The notes beneath the pieces are model-generated. The model saw only the letters and a program-made list of their open reading frames with translations, had not been told where the DNA came from and searched no databases. From Candidatus Fermentithermobacillaceae bacterium (GTDB lineage: Bacteria; Bacillota; Sulfobacillia; Fermentithermobacillales; Fermentithermobacillaceae), in contig JAGPNG010000007.1 of NCBI GenBank assembly GCA_018052475.1, positions 2,588 to 66,587 of the forward strand: a stretch of DNA of 64,000 bases, given 5' to 3'. Both the position numbers and the translations under genes were made by a program. Position 1 is the stretch's first letter. Each line of letters opens with the position of its first letter. Positions 21,432-31,246 of this stretch are shown one piece after another.

Positions 21432-22847
21432 ATGTCTATGTCTAAGAAGAGAATACTCTCTGACGATGATATTGAAAGAGGTTCCCATACAAAGAATGAA
21501 AGTGCTGCCGATATGCGTCGCTCCATTTGGAGATTAGCTTTGCCTGCGATGATTGAGTTTGGACTTATGATGTTGGTTCAAGTAATCGACATGATTCAAG
21601 TAGGAAGTCTAGGAGCCTGGGCGATTTCAGCTACTGGTTTGGCTGCTCAACCAACCATGCTAATTTTCTCTGTGTTCAGCGCGCTGGTTGTCGGAACTAC
21701 TGCTCTAGTTGCGCGGGCGGTAGGGGCTGGAGATAGAGATTACGCTTGTCGGGTGACTCGGCAGTCTTTCGTGATTGTCCTGGTGTTGGGCGTTGTTGTG
21801 ACAGCCATAGGAATTCTTGCTTCCGGTAGCATAATAAAGTTGATGGGCGCAGAAGCTGATACTATCGGCCCAGGAACTACTTACATGAAAATAATTTTCG
21901 CAGGTACAGTATTTACCGTGGGCAACATGGTCCTCGCTGCTTCATTGCGTGGTGCAGGTGACATGATAACACCTATGATCTCAAATCTGGCAGCTAACGC
22001 GGTGAACTTGTTTGGCAACTGGGTTCTCATCAACGGAAAACTGGGTTTTCCCAGGCTCGAGGTGGCGGGTGCTGCACTAGCAACATCGTTCTCGCGCCTG
22101 GTGGCTTTCGCTATAACTTTTGATGCGGTATACAGAAGGAACAAATTCATAAGTATATCTTTCCACGATTCCTATAAATTTGAACCCGAATTGGTTCGGA
22201 ACGTACTCGACATAGGCGTCCCAGCCGCGATTGAACAACTAGTAATGCGAAGTGGCGCGTTGTTGTTTGCTCGCATGATCGCAGGTTTTGGCACTTTGAT
22301 GTTTGCAGCACATCAGATTGCCATGAACTTGGAAAGCCTGACTCTTGTCCCAGTGATGGCTTTTCAGATGGCGACTACTACGCTTGTAGGGCAAAGCCTT
22401 GGTGCACAGAAACTGGAGATCTCAGAGAAAGTGACTCAACAGGCAATGCTCATGAGCGTGAGCTTGATGACTGTGATCGCCATACTTTTCTTCTCTTTTG
22501 GTCATCTCGCCATCGATGTATTTGTAGACGATCCAGAAGTGATAGCAATAGGTGCACGAGCAGTAAAAATGCTTGCCTTGTCACTGCCAATTACTGGAGT
22601 TTACTTTGTGTTAGCAGGAGCCTTGCGAGGCGCAGGCGACACCAAGCATGCGATGTACGTGAGCACAATAGGCGTGTGGGGAGTTCGTCTGCTTGTAGGT
22701 TACTTGTTAGCCAATGTGCTAGGGCTATCGCTCATTGGCGCATGGACAGCCGTTGTACTGGACATGTTAGTAAGAATGATGCTCGCATTTGCAAGATTCC
22801 ACAGCGGACAGTGGAAAGAAGTTATCGACGCAGCCGAGTACTGTTAG
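21432..22847 (+). CDS. MATE-family efflux transporter
   Basis: About 470 aa with 12 predicted transmembrane helices and the MATE repeat signatures (LALPAMIEFGL..., GAGDTK). The ATG at 21432 is preferred because the GTG at 21420 directly abuts the ribosome-binding site. Confidence 0.8.
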   Translation: MSMSKKRILSDDDIERGSHTKNESAADMRRSIWRLALPAMIEFGLMMLVQVIDMIQVGSLGAWAISATGLAAQPTMLIFSVFSALVVGTTALVARAVGAGDRDYACRVTRQSFVIVLVLGVVVTAIGILASGSIIKLMGAEADTIGPGTTYMKIIFAGTVFTVGNMVLAASLRGAGDMITPMISNLAANAVNLFGNWVLINGKLGFPRLEVAGAALATSFSRLVAFAITFDAVYRRNKFISISFHDSYKFEPELVRNVLDIGVPAAIEQLVMRSGALLFARMIAGFGTLMFAAHQIAMNLESLTLVPVMAFQMATTTLVGQSLGAQKLEISEKVTQQAMLMSVSLMTVIAILFFSFGHLAIDVFVDDPEVIAIGARAVKMLALSLPITGVYFVLAGALRGAGDTKHAMYVSTIGVWGVRLLVGYLLANVLGLSLIGAWTAVVLDMLVRMMLAFARFHSGQWKEVIDAAEYC

Positions 22848-22950
22848 GACAAAACCATAACGTTTTTGGGGTGTTCTGCCCGTGTTGGAATGAACTAGGG
22901 TTAGAACACCTCATTCTTTCATGGCTCTTTGTAATCTCTTCGCTGTCTGC

Positions 22951-22980
22951 TTGACCCCCAAGCTCCTTTTTTAGTACAAT
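22951..22980 (+). promoter_or_regulatory. Sigma-70-like promoter for the tRNA cluster
   Basis: TTGACC, an 18 nt spacer and TACAAT lie about 40 nt upstream of tRNA-Gly. Confidence 0.4.
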
Positions 22981-23019
22981 AACTCGTGCTATTATAGTAG
23001 AGCAGACATAAACGTGTTG

Positions 23020-23094
<75 letters not shown>

Positions 23095-23095
23095 T

Positions 23096-23171
23096 GCGCC
23101 TGTAGCTCAGGGGATAGAGCACCTGCCTTCTAAGCAGGGAGTCGCAGGTTCGATTCCTGCCAGGCGCACCA
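23096..23171 (+). tRNA. tRNA-Arg (anticodon TCT)
   Basis: Acceptor GCGCCTG/CAGGCGC, anticodon stem CCTGC/GCAGG with loop CTTCTAA, and CCA. Confidence 0.8.
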
Positions 23172-23191
23172 GTTTGAAAGCAAAGTGTTGT

Positions 23192-23269
23192 GGTGGATGT
23201 AGCTCAGTCGGTTAGAGCGCCAGGTTGTGGCCCTGGAGGCCGGGGGTTCAAATCCCCTCATTCACCCCA
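23192..23269 (+). tRNA. tRNA-His (anticodon GTG) with encoded G-1
   Basis: An extra 5' G pairs with C73. Acceptor GTGGATG/CATTCAC, anticodon loop TTGTGGC and CCA. Confidence 0.8.
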
Positions 23270-23287
23270 ATTTGTGAGTAACGGTTT

Positions 23288-23364
23288 GCGCCCGTAGCTC
23301 AATTGGACAGAGCCGCAGACTTCGGATCTGAAGGTTACAGGTTCGAGTCCTGTCGGGCGCGCCA
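23288..23364 (+). tRNA. tRNA-Arg (anticodon apparently TCG; the anticodon stem has one mismatch)
   Basis: Acceptor GCGCCCG/CGGGCGC, D-arm GCTCAATTGGACAGAGC, anticodon loop CTTCGGA, a GTTCGAGTC T-arm and CCA. Confidence 0.6.
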
Positions 23365-23366
23365 GA

Positions 23367-23441
23367 TGGGGCGTAGCCAAGTGGTAAGGCATCAGCCTTT
23401 GGAGCTGACATTCGCAGGTTCGAACCCTGCCGCCCCAGCCA
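23367..23441 (+). tRNA. tRNA-Gln (anticodon TTG)
   Basis: Acceptor TGGGGCG/CGCCCCA, a Gln-type D-arm GCCAAGTGGTAAGGC and anticodon loop CTTTGGA. Confidence 0.8.
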
Positions 23442-23444
23442 AAG

Positions 23445-23519
23445 GGGCCATTAGCTCAGGGGTAGAGCACCCGCCTTTTAAGCGGGGAGTCGATGGTTCG
23501 AATCCATCATGGCCCACCA
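23445..23519 (+). tRNA. tRNA-Lys (anticodon TTT)
   Basis: Acceptor GGGCCAT/ATGGCCC, anticodon stem CCCGC/GCGGG with loop CTTTTAA, and CCA. Confidence 0.8.
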
Positions 23520-23538
23520 TCTTTTTCGTTCTCCGAAT

Positions 23539-23624
23539 GCGAGGGTGTCGGAACCGGCAGACGAGCTGGACTTAGGATCCAGTGCCCCAAAGGCGTAGGG
23601 GTTCAAATCCCCTCCCTCGCACCA
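23539..23624 (+). tRNA. tRNA-Leu (anticodon TAG), type II with long variable arm
   Basis: Acceptor GCGAGGG/CCCTCGC, anticodon stem CTGGA/TCCAG with loop CTTAGGA, an extra arm of 15 nt and CCA. Confidence 0.8.
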
Positions 23625-23875
23625 CCCGTTGGTCGCAGGAATATGAGACCGACGAATCTTACACGTATGGCTCATTCAAAAAACCGCGTACATCCGCGAA
23701 TTTGGGAATTTTGCGGCAATTGGAGCTCCTTTTATGGTATTGTTTTCTGGTAAAATGAAAGGGCATCTTCAAAAAAGACTAGATAAGAGTGGAAAGCACA
23801 CGGAATCTCGGAATATAGTGGATGCGCTAGGCCAAAGGATGCCTGAACCATAATGGGTCGAAGGAGGACCACGCT

Positions 23876-25336
23876 GTGAAGGTTACTACTGAGAGAATTG
23901 AAGGATCTAAAGTAAGGCTAGACGTCGAAAGTCCCAAAGAAGTAGTCGAAGAAGCCTTGGACAATGCATACAAGAAAGTAGTGAAAAGAGTTAATATTCC
24001 TGGCTTCAGACGAGGAAAAGCGCCAAAGAGTCTGGTTGCCCGCTATTATCTCGCTGAATTGTACGACGAGGCTATTCAGCAAGCTATACCGACTGAATAC
24101 ATGAAGGCGGTTGAAGAGGCCAACATAAACCCTGTAGATGATCCTGAGTTTTCAGAGGTTCATTTCGTCGAAGGGGAGCCGCTGAGTTTTAAGGCTACTG
24201 TCTACGTTTATCCTGAAGTAAAGATCGAGGAGTATAACGATATATCTATTCCCTTTGAGATGCCTACCGTGTCAGAAGAGGATATTGATAAGCAGATAGA
24301 AGTACTTAAGGAACGCATGGCCGAATTGCGTCCGTTGGAAGACGAGACCCTACTGGAAGTGGGACACTATGCTACATGTCATGTGAAGAGTCTAAGCAAG
24401 GAGAAAGACGAAGAACCTCTGGAGTCCGGCGATGAGACGCTCGGACTGGACGAGGACCTTAACTACATCGAAGTTGGGCATGATTATCCTCTTATCCCTG
24501 GCTTAGGCGATGCATTAATCGGAATGAAAAAAGGCGAAACGAAGGTTTTTGAGGCAGCATACCCAGTTGAGGGAGAAGAAACAAGAACCGCCCAATACCA
24601 GGTGGAAGTGAAGGAAACATACGAGAAGCACATCCCCGACAGTCCTGACGAAATAGCGGCAAGCCTTGGGAAAGGTTCCATTGAGGAAGTTCGCGAAGAG
24701 GTGGAGCGGGGTATATTGGAATTTAGGATTCGAATGGCTAGAGAAGAGCATCTGCAAAAGGTCCAAGATGAACTTCTAAAAAGAGGACAATTCGAGATTC
24801 CTGAGGTCATGACCGCCGAACGAGCCCAAGTTCTTTTGGAGAGGCTTGAGGATAGGCTAAAAGAGTCAGGCATTGATATTCAAACATATCTTGAATACAC
24901 CCAAAAGCCTTGGGAGGACCTGAGGCGTGAACTTATGGAAGAAGCTGAGAAAGATCTGCGGCTAGATTTGGTGCTAGATGTGATTAGCGAAAAGGAAAAC
25001 ATACCTGTGCCCGAGGAAACCGTTGATAAAATTGTCGAAGGGATTGCTGCTGAGATTCAAAAAGACCCGGCGGTGGTTAGGACAACGCTTGAAATGCGTG
25101 GAGCTCTTGAAAACCTCAGAAATGAGGTAAGGCGCGGAAGAGCTCTAAGCATCATTGCTGAAAGAGCGGCTCTTAACGCCGGAACGGAGCTTCCCAAAGA
25201 AGAAGAACATGTCGAAATCTCCGAGACACCCAAACCATCTGATGAGCATGAACCCGAGTCTTACGAAGAGAAAGATGTGCCTGAAAAAACAGAAAAAGAA
25301 GATGCCGAGCCAGTGGAGGAATCTCTGGACAAGTAA
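23876..25336 (+). CDS. tig: Trigger factor (ribosome-associated PPIase chaperone) with an acidic C-terminal tail
   Basis: The N-terminus reads KVRLDVE...PGFRRGKAP, the ribosome-binding GFRxGxxP motif. GTG start with ribosome-binding site GAAGGAGG. Classic tig-clpP-clpX-lon order. Confidence 0.9.
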   Translation: MKVTTERIEGSKVRLDVESPKEVVEEALDNAYKKVVKRVNIPGFRRGKAPKSLVARYYLAELYDEAIQQAIPTEYMKAVEEANINPVDDPEFSEVHFVEGEPLSFKATVYVYPEVKIEEYNDISIPFEMPTVSEEDIDKQIEVLKERMAELRPLEDETLLEVGHYATCHVKSLSKEKDEEPLESGDETLGLDEDLNYIEVGHDYPLIPGLGDALIGMKKGETKVFEAAYPVEGEETRTAQYQVEVKETYEKHIPDSPDEIAASLGKGSIEEVREEVERGILEFRIRMAREEHLQKVQDELLKRGQFEIPEVMTAERAQVLLERLEDRLKESGIDIQTYLEYTQKPWEDLRRELMEEAEKDLRLDLVLDVISEKENIPVPEETVDKIVEGIAAEIQKDPAVVRTTLEMRGALENLRNEVRRGRALSIIAERAALNAGTELPKEEEHVEISETPKPSDEHEPESYEEKDVPEKTEKEDAEPVEESLDK

Positions 25337-25474
25337 TGCTATAATATTATTGAAAGCAGAAGTATGCTCAACGTGTCTATCTAGGTGACACTTAGGTGTT
25401 TACCTTGCAATATGTAATAGGAGAACTACTGATGCAATATCTGCTTAAGAAGATGTTATGGAGGTGAACAAAAT

Positions 25475-26074
25475 ATGAGCTATTTCGTACCTATGGTTGT
25501 AGAGCAGACTGGACGAGGGGAAAGAGCCTATGACATTTATTCGCGACTCTTGAAAGACAGGATAGTCTTCGTAGGCGATACGATAAATGACCAGGTGGCA
25601 AATCTCGTCGTAGCGCAGTTACTATTTCTTCAGGCTGAAGATCCTGAGAAAGAGGTTTCCATCTATATAAATTCGCCGGGTGGGTCAGTCACTGCGGGTT
25701 TGGCTATTTATGATACGATGCAGCATATAAAACCACCGGTGTCAACTATATGCGTGGGACTGGCGGCTAGCATCGCAGCGGTGATCTTGGCAGGAGGAAC
25801 TCCAGGTAGACGGTTTTGTCTCCCAAATGCCAAAACCCTGATTCATCAGCCTTTAGGCGGTGTTCAGGGACAGGCGACCGAGGTCCAGATAATGGCCACA
25901 GAGATCTTGCGTACCAGGGAACTGATCAATAAGATACTAGCCAAGCATACAGGTCAGCCCCTTGAGAAGATCGAGAGAGATACCGAGAGAGATTTTTGGA
26001 TGACAGCTGAAGAATCTAAGGCTTACGGACTTGTCGACGATATTCTCGTTCCCGGACCAAAGGCTGTCAAGTAA
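25475..26074 (+). CDS. clpP: ATP-dependent Clp protease proteolytic subunit
   Basis: 199 aa ORF with [12 protein letters not shown] and the catalytic Ser/His/Asp context. Confidence 0.95.
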   Translation: MSYFVPMVVEQTGRGERAYDIYSRLLKDRIVFVGDTINDQVANLVVAQLLFLQAEDPEKEVSIYINSPGGSVTAGLAIYDTMQHIKPPVSTICVGLAASIAAVILAGGTPGRRFCLPNAKTLIHQPLGGVQGQATEVQIMATEILRTRELINKILAKHTGQPLEKIERDTERDFWMTAEESKAYGLVDDILVPGPKAVK

Positions 26075-26089
26075 GAGCGGGGTGAAAGG

Positions 26090-27352
26090 ATGTTTAAGTT
26101 CGAAGATCAAAAAGGTTTGAGATGCTCGTTTTGTGGTAAGTACCAGGACGAAGTAAAACGTCTCATAGCTGGTCCGGGTGTTTACATTTGCTATGACTGT
26201 ATAGAACTATGCAACGAGATAATCGCCGAAGAACTTGACGAAGAGTCCGAGCATGGTTTGTCTGAAATTCCCAAACCCCAGGAGATCAAGGCTTTCCTTG
26301 ACCAGTATGTTATAGGCCAGGAGAAGGCCAAGAAGATCTTGTCAGTGGCAGTTTACAATCACTACAAGCGTATAGGGCATAGCCACAAAACTAAAGACGA
26401 AGTAGAGATCCAGAAGTCCAACATCGTAATGCTAGGTCCTACAGGATGCGGTAAAACCTATCTGGCGCAATCCCTAGCTAGGTTTTTGAAAGTTCCTTTT
26501 GCAATAGCTGATGCTACTACGCTCACAGAAGCGGGGTACGTAGGAGAAGATGTAGAGAACATTCTCTTACGCTTAATACAGGCAGCCGATTATGATCTCG
26601 AAAAGGCTGAACAGGGCATCATATATATAGACGAGATAGACAAGATCGCTCGCAAGTCGGAGAATCCTTCAATCACACGTGATGTCTCCGGGGAAGGTGT
26701 GCAGCAGGCGCTGCTCAAGATCTTAGAGGGAACTATAGCCAATATACCTCCGCTTGGGGGAAGAAAACATCCCCATCAGGAGTTCATACAGCTTGATACG
26801 ACCAATATCCTATTCATATGCGGAGGAGCTTTTGATGGCATAGAGAAGATCATTCAGAATCGAATCGGTGAAAGTACAATGGGGTTCACATCGGAGCCGA
26901 AACCAAAATGGGATCTATCTATTGGGCAAGTTCTCGAAAAGGTTCTGCCAGAGGATCTATTGAAGTTCGGAATGATACCTGAGTTTGTAGGGAGAGTACC
27001 TGTGATCGTAACCCTTGACGCGTTAAACGAAGACGATCTTGTTCGGATACTCACCGAGCCTAAGAACGCTTTGATAAAGCAATATCAACAGATGTTTCTG
27101 ATGGATAAGGTAGTTCTCGAGTTTGAAGATGAGGCGATCAGAGCCGTTGCGCGAGAAGCAAGCAAGAGGAAGACAGGAGCACGGGGCCTTAGGGCGGTGC
27201 TTGAGGATAAAATGCTCGAGATCATGTATGACCTTCCTTCGAGAAGTGACATAGCCAAATGCGTTATCACAGAGGATGTTGTGGTGTCCAATGCCGATCC
27301 GACGTTGATACCTTTGGATAGGAAAACCAAGAAAAAGGAAGAGACCGCATAG
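26090..27352 (+). CDS. clpX: ATP-dependent Clp protease ATP-binding subunit ClpX
   Basis: N-terminal C4 zinc finger (CSFCGK...CYDC), Walker A GPTGCGKT and the GYVGEDVE pore loop. Confidence 0.95.
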   Translation: MFKFEDQKGLRCSFCGKYQDEVKRLIAGPGVYICYDCIELCNEIIAEELDEESEHGLSEIPKPQEIKAFLDQYVIGQEKAKKILSVAVYNHYKRIGHSHKTKDEVEIQKSNIVMLGPTGCGKTYLAQSLARFLKVPFAIADATTLTEAGYVGEDVENILLRLIQAADYDLEKAEQGIIYIDEIDKIARKSENPSITRDVSGEGVQQALLKILEGTIANIPPLGGRKHPHQEFIQLDTTNILFICGGAFDGIEKIIQNRIGESTMGFTSEPKPKWDLSIGQVLEKVLPEDLLKFGMIPEFVGRVPVIVTLDALNEDDLVRILTEPKNALIKQYQQMFLMDKVVLEFEDEAIRAVAREASKRKTGARGLRAVLEDKMLEIMYDLPSRSDIAKCVITEDVVVSNADPTLIPLDRKTKKKEETA

Positions 27353-27624
27353 GACCCCGGCGGTATTTTGAGAGGTTTGGTTGAACCTAGGTCCGGAAAG
27401 ACTAGGTCTTGTTACAAAAAACTAAAATCAGAGTTGCTTGGAAGCAAAAGACCCCGACAGGCCTGGACTTTTGGACGTGTCGGGGTCTTGTTAGACCGAC
27501 GATTGGAAGGAGTTTTATCCGATTGCACAGAACAGGGAATTCTACGTGTGTAGCGTCGGCGGTTTGTGGCTTGAGAGTAATTACATCCGCGATGATAGAC
27601 AAATGCGGGAGGTGTTAACTAGCG

Positions 27625-30030
27625 ATGAGCAAAATAGACGAAGCAAAAAAACGGTCCTACCCGCTATTGCCATTGAGGAACGTACTCGTTTTTCCGGGAA
27701 CAACGGTTTCTCTGGAGGTCGGTAGGCCAAAGTCGGTTCGGGCGGTTGAGCTTGCCCAGAGCGCCGATATGGCTGTTGTCATGTGTTCTCAGTCGAACAC
27801 GGACGTAGGAGATCCGTTGCCGGAACATATATACCCCGTGGGGACTTTGGGCACTATCACTGAGATTGCAAAGTCTGCGTCCGGAAACCTTCGGATAGTT
27901 GTAGAAGGTGTGGAACGTGTTAAGATCGATTCTTACATTTCGCAAGATCCTACCTACATGGTAACCATAACAGCGTTAAGGGAAGAAAGGGTAAGCCCCT
28001 CTGAGAATGAAGTGCTAGTGAAGAGCCTTGTAGAGCAATATGAAGAATATGTGAGGGCTACTCGAAATGTTCCCCCGGAGACATTGATATCGCTATCGGC
28101 GATTACTGAGGCAGGTCGGTTATGCGATACCATCGCCGGGCATGTACCTATTGCTGTTGAAGCCAAGCAGGAGATATTGGAAACGATCCCTGTTATGGAA
28201 AGAGCGGAGAAGGTTATCGAGATCCTTTCGACCGAGATGGAGATAGCGGGCCTGGAGAAACGGATTAACGCACGTGTGCGTAAGCAAATTGAAAAGAGCC
28301 AGAGAGAATATTGGCTCAGAGAGCAAATGAAGGCCATACAGAAGGAACTTGGTGAAAGAGATGACGAAATTGACGAGGCAGAGGAATTCAGGCGCAAGAT
28401 CGAGGAAGCGGGGCTTACAGGTGAAGTAAGAGAAAAAGCTCTAAGAGAAGTCGAACGTCTAGAGAAGATGCCTCAAGCCTCGGCTGAAGCTGTAGTTTCC
28501 AGAACCTACTTGGAGTGGCTGGTCTCTTTGCCGTGGAACGTATCTACAGAAGACACCATGGACATACAGAGGGCCCAAAGAATCTTGGATGAGGATCACT
28601 ATGGGTTGGAGCAGGTGAAAGAGAGAATCCTGGAATACCTTGCTATTCGTCAGCTTGTAGGTAATCCCAAAGGGCCTATATTGTGTTTCGTTGGGCCACC
28701 CGGAGTCGGAAAGACTTCCTTAGGAAAGTCGATCGCCCGAGCTTTGGGGCGGAAATTCGTAAGGATCTCCCTTGGCGGAATAAGAGACGAGGCGGAGATA
28801 CGCGGACATAGGCGCACATACATTGGTGCCCTTCCGGGACGTGTAATTCAGGGGATGAGAAATGCCGGTTCCATAAACCCTGTTTTCCTTATGGACGAGG
28901 TAGATAAAATGGCTTCAGACTTCAGAGGGGATCCTGCCGCTGCTCTCTTAGAGGTGCTAGATCCCGAGCAAAATCACCAATTCTCAGATCATTATCTTGA
29001 AGTGCCCTTTGATTTATCCAAGGTTATGTTTATCACCACTGCCAATTCTACCTACTCAATACCTAGAGCGCTCTTGGATAGAATGGAAGTAATAAACCTT
29101 CCGGGTTACACGGAAGAAGAGAAAGTTGAAATTGCGAGTCGTTTTCTGATCCCAAAGATGTTGAGGGAACACGGACTCACTGCCGATAATCTGAGTATTC
29201 GCAAAGACGCTATAAAGGAGATAATCAGGCTATATACACGAGAAGCAGGGGTTCGAAATCTGGAACGGCAAATTGCGGCGCTATGCAGAAAAACGGCAAA
29301 AGACGTGGTTTCGGGGAAAAAGCGCAAGGTGTCTGTCACATCGAAGAACCTGAGTAAATACTTGGGAGTCCCAAGGTTCTACCATGGCCAGGCAGAAAAA
29401 GAAGACCAGGTAGGTGTGGCGCTGGCCCTTGGGGTAACAGAGTATGGCGGAGATGTCATGCCATGTGAAGTCAGCATTGTCGAAGGGAAGGGCAACTTGA
29501 CTCTTACCGGTCATTTAGGTGCAGTGATGAAGGAATCGGCGCAGGCTGCGGTAAGCTATTTGCGATCAAAGAGCGCTGACTTGGGGTTACCTCCTAGGTT
29601 TTATGAAACCATGGACATCCATGTACATGTACCTGAAGGAGCTATTCCTAAGGATGGGCCTTCAGCAGGAATAACTATAGCTTGCGCGATCGCTTCGGCC
29701 CTTATGAACAAACCGGTCCGCCATGATGTTGCAATGTCTGGCGAGATAACTTTGAGAGGGCGTGTATTGCCTGTAGGAGGTATAAAAGAAAAGGTTCTTG
29801 CGGCACATAGAGCGGGTATTTCCAAAGTTATTTTGCCAGCCGATAACAAGAAGGACCTTGAAGATATTCCTGAGAGCATCCTAGAAGATATAGCCATCGA
29901 CTTGGTGGAACACATGGACGAAGTGTTTTTGATCGCGTTGACCGAAGCTGGCCGATCCGATCTTGGGGCACTCGCGAATGTGACAGAGGTACCAAAATCC
30001 AATAATGCTATGGTAGATCACGTCATTTAG
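27625..30030 (+). CDS. lon: Lon protease (LonA)
   Basis: 801 aa ORF with Walker [10 protein letters not shown] and the protease catalytic region [10 protein letters not shown]...MSGEITLRG. Confidence 0.95.
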   Translation: MSKIDEAKKRSYPLLPLRNVLVFPGTTVSLEVGRPKSVRAVELAQSADMAVVMCSQSNTDVGDPLPEHIYPVGTLGTITEIAKSASGNLRIVVEGVERVKIDSYISQDPTYMVTITALREERVSPSENEVLVKSLVEQYEEYVRATRNVPPETLISLSAITEAGRLCDTIAGHVPIAVEAKQEILETIPVMERAEKVIEILSTEMEIAGLEKRINARVRKQIEKSQREYWLREQMKAIQKELGERDDEIDEAEEFRRKIEEAGLTGEVREKALREVERLEKMPQASAEAVVSRTYLEWLVSLPWNVSTEDTMDIQRAQRILDEDHYGLEQVKERILEYLAIRQLVGNPKGPILCFVGPPGVGKTSLGKSIARALGRKFVRISLGGIRDEAEIRGHRRTYIGALPGRVIQGMRNAGSINPVFLMDEVDKMASDFRGDPAAALLEVLDPEQNHQFSDHYLEVPFDLSKVMFITTANSTYSIPRALLDRMEVINLPGYTEEEKVEIASRFLIPKMLREHGLTADNLSIRKDAIKEIIRLYTREAGVRNLERQIAALCRKTAKDVVSGKKRKVSVTSKNLSKYLGVPRFYHGQAEKEDQVGVALALGVTEYGGDVMPCEVSIVEGKGNLTLTGHLGAVMKESAQAAVSYLRSKSADLGLPPRFYETMDIHVHVPEGAIPKDGPSAGITIACAIASALMNKPVRHDVAMSGEITLRGRVLPVGGIKEKVLAAHRAGISKVILPADNKKDLEDIPESILEDIAIDLVEHMDEVFLIALTEAGRSDLGALANVTEVPKSNNAMVDHVI

Positions 30031-30114
30031 CTTGTTGAAAAGTTGTTGACGCCTACGACAGACCGTGCAATAATCCTTTCGAAACAAAAAAATCAAAGGG
30101 GGACATTGCAAAGG

Positions 30115-31149
30115 ATGGCAGTTGTAGGCGTCATGTATAATTTAAAGGGGGAATCTCCTGAAGAAGGCGAACCTCCTGACTCGGGGGCAGAACTTGACTC
30201 TGAGTCGACTGTTTTGGCGGTAGCAAATGCTCTAGGAACGTATGGTCACGAAGTTGTTCTCATCGAAGGTAATGAAACTGCGTATTTGAGACTTTTCAAC
30301 AGGAATGTTGACATCATCTTCAACATGTGCGAGGGCCTAAGAGGCGAGTCACGTGAAAGCCATATACCGGCTATGCTTGAGATGCTTGGCATACCCTATA
30401 CGGGTTCCGGGGTTCTCACCTTAGCTATGACACTAGACAAACCATTGACCAAGAAGGTTCTTTCATTTCATGGGGTACCGACAGCACACTTCAAGGTCAT
30501 CTCATCTGAGCGTGATTTGGACATAACTGGTTTGGAGTTTCCCGTGTTTGTCAAGCCCGCACACGAAGGCTCAAGCATGGGTATTTCGCCTGATTCCTTG
30601 TGTGAGAACTATGCTCAGTTCCTGAACGAAACCAGGCGGCTTCTTCAGACGTATAGGCAGCCTGTTTTGGTTGAAGAGTTTCTTCCGGGTAGGGAATTTA
30701 CTGTAGGCATAATAGGTAATGAGAAGCCCCACGTATTTCCCATAATGGAGATCAACTTTGCTGAAGTACCTGAAGGTCACGGTAACATCTATTCTCGCCA
30801 GTTCAAGGTGGAGTGGTCGGAAGATAGATACTTCGCATGTCCAGCTGACGTATCACCTGAACTTGAACAGACAATCATAGATACCGCCTTAAAGACATAT
30901 CAAGTCCTCGAGTGCCGAGATTTTGCTAGAGTCGATATGCGTCTCGATAGAAAGGGTATTCCCAACGTCATCGAGGTCAATCCTTTGCCTGGAATGGCCC
31001 CTGGTTATTCCGATTACCCAAGAATAGCTGAAAAAGCCGGATGGTCATACGATGAACTGGTAAATGCAATCCTTGGTTGTGCACTTAAGCGATATGGGTT
31101 ATTGCATCTCGTTTCGCCGCGTGTGTTAGCAGATAGGCAGATAGCGTGA
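30115..31149 (+). CDS. D-alanine--D-alanine ligase-family ATP-grasp enzyme
   Basis: ATP-grasp signatures (FPVFVKPAHEGSSMGIS, EEFLPGREFTVG, IEVNPLPGM). The ATG at 30115 is preferred over the ORF-track start, which overlaps lon. Confidence 0.65.
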   Translation: MAVVGVMYNLKGESPEEGEPPDSGAELDSESTVLAVANALGTYGHEVVLIEGNETAYLRLFNRNVDIIFNMCEGLRGESRESHIPAMLEMLGIPYTGSGVLTLAMTLDKPLTKKVLSFHGVPTAHFKVISSERDLDITGLEFPVFVKPAHEGSSMGISPDSLCENYAQFLNETRRLLQTYRQPVLVEEFLPGREFTVGIIGNEKPHVFPIMEINFAEVPEGHGNIYSRQFKVEWSEDRYFACPADVSPELEQTIIDTALKTYQVLECRDFARVDMRLDRKGIPNVIEVNPLPGMAPGYSDYPRIAEKAGWSYDELVNAILGCALKRYGLLHLVSPRVLADRQIA

Positions 31150-31196
31150 GATTATTCGGGCGTCTTCCTTTGTGCGTATGATAGATGAAAAAAGTA

Positions 31197-31232
31197 AAGC
31201 GGTCCGAGACCAGCTGCTAACCTCGGACCGCT
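31197..31232. terminator. Bidirectional terminator between convergent genes
   Basis: AAAAAAGT, then a palindrome AGCGGTCCGAG...CTCGGACCGCT. Confidence 0.55.
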
Positions 31233-31246
31233 ATGGTATACCACCG

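Noticed and set aside
27440-27495. A hairpin between clpX and lon, GACCCCGACA...TGTCGGGGTC followed by TTGTT
   Set aside because: This could be a partial terminator or attenuator, but the T-tract is weak and interrupted. clpX-lon co-transcription with partial termination is common, so I note it but do not call it a feature.
30043-30114. The ORF-track start of the D-Ala-D-Ala-ligase-like gene at 30043
   Set aside because: This start would place the first 24 codons inside or abutting the lon stop, with no ribosome-binding site. The ATG at 30115 (MAVVGVMYNLKG...) aligns with the conserved N-terminus of ATP-grasp ligases and follows an AAAGGA ribosome-binding site.
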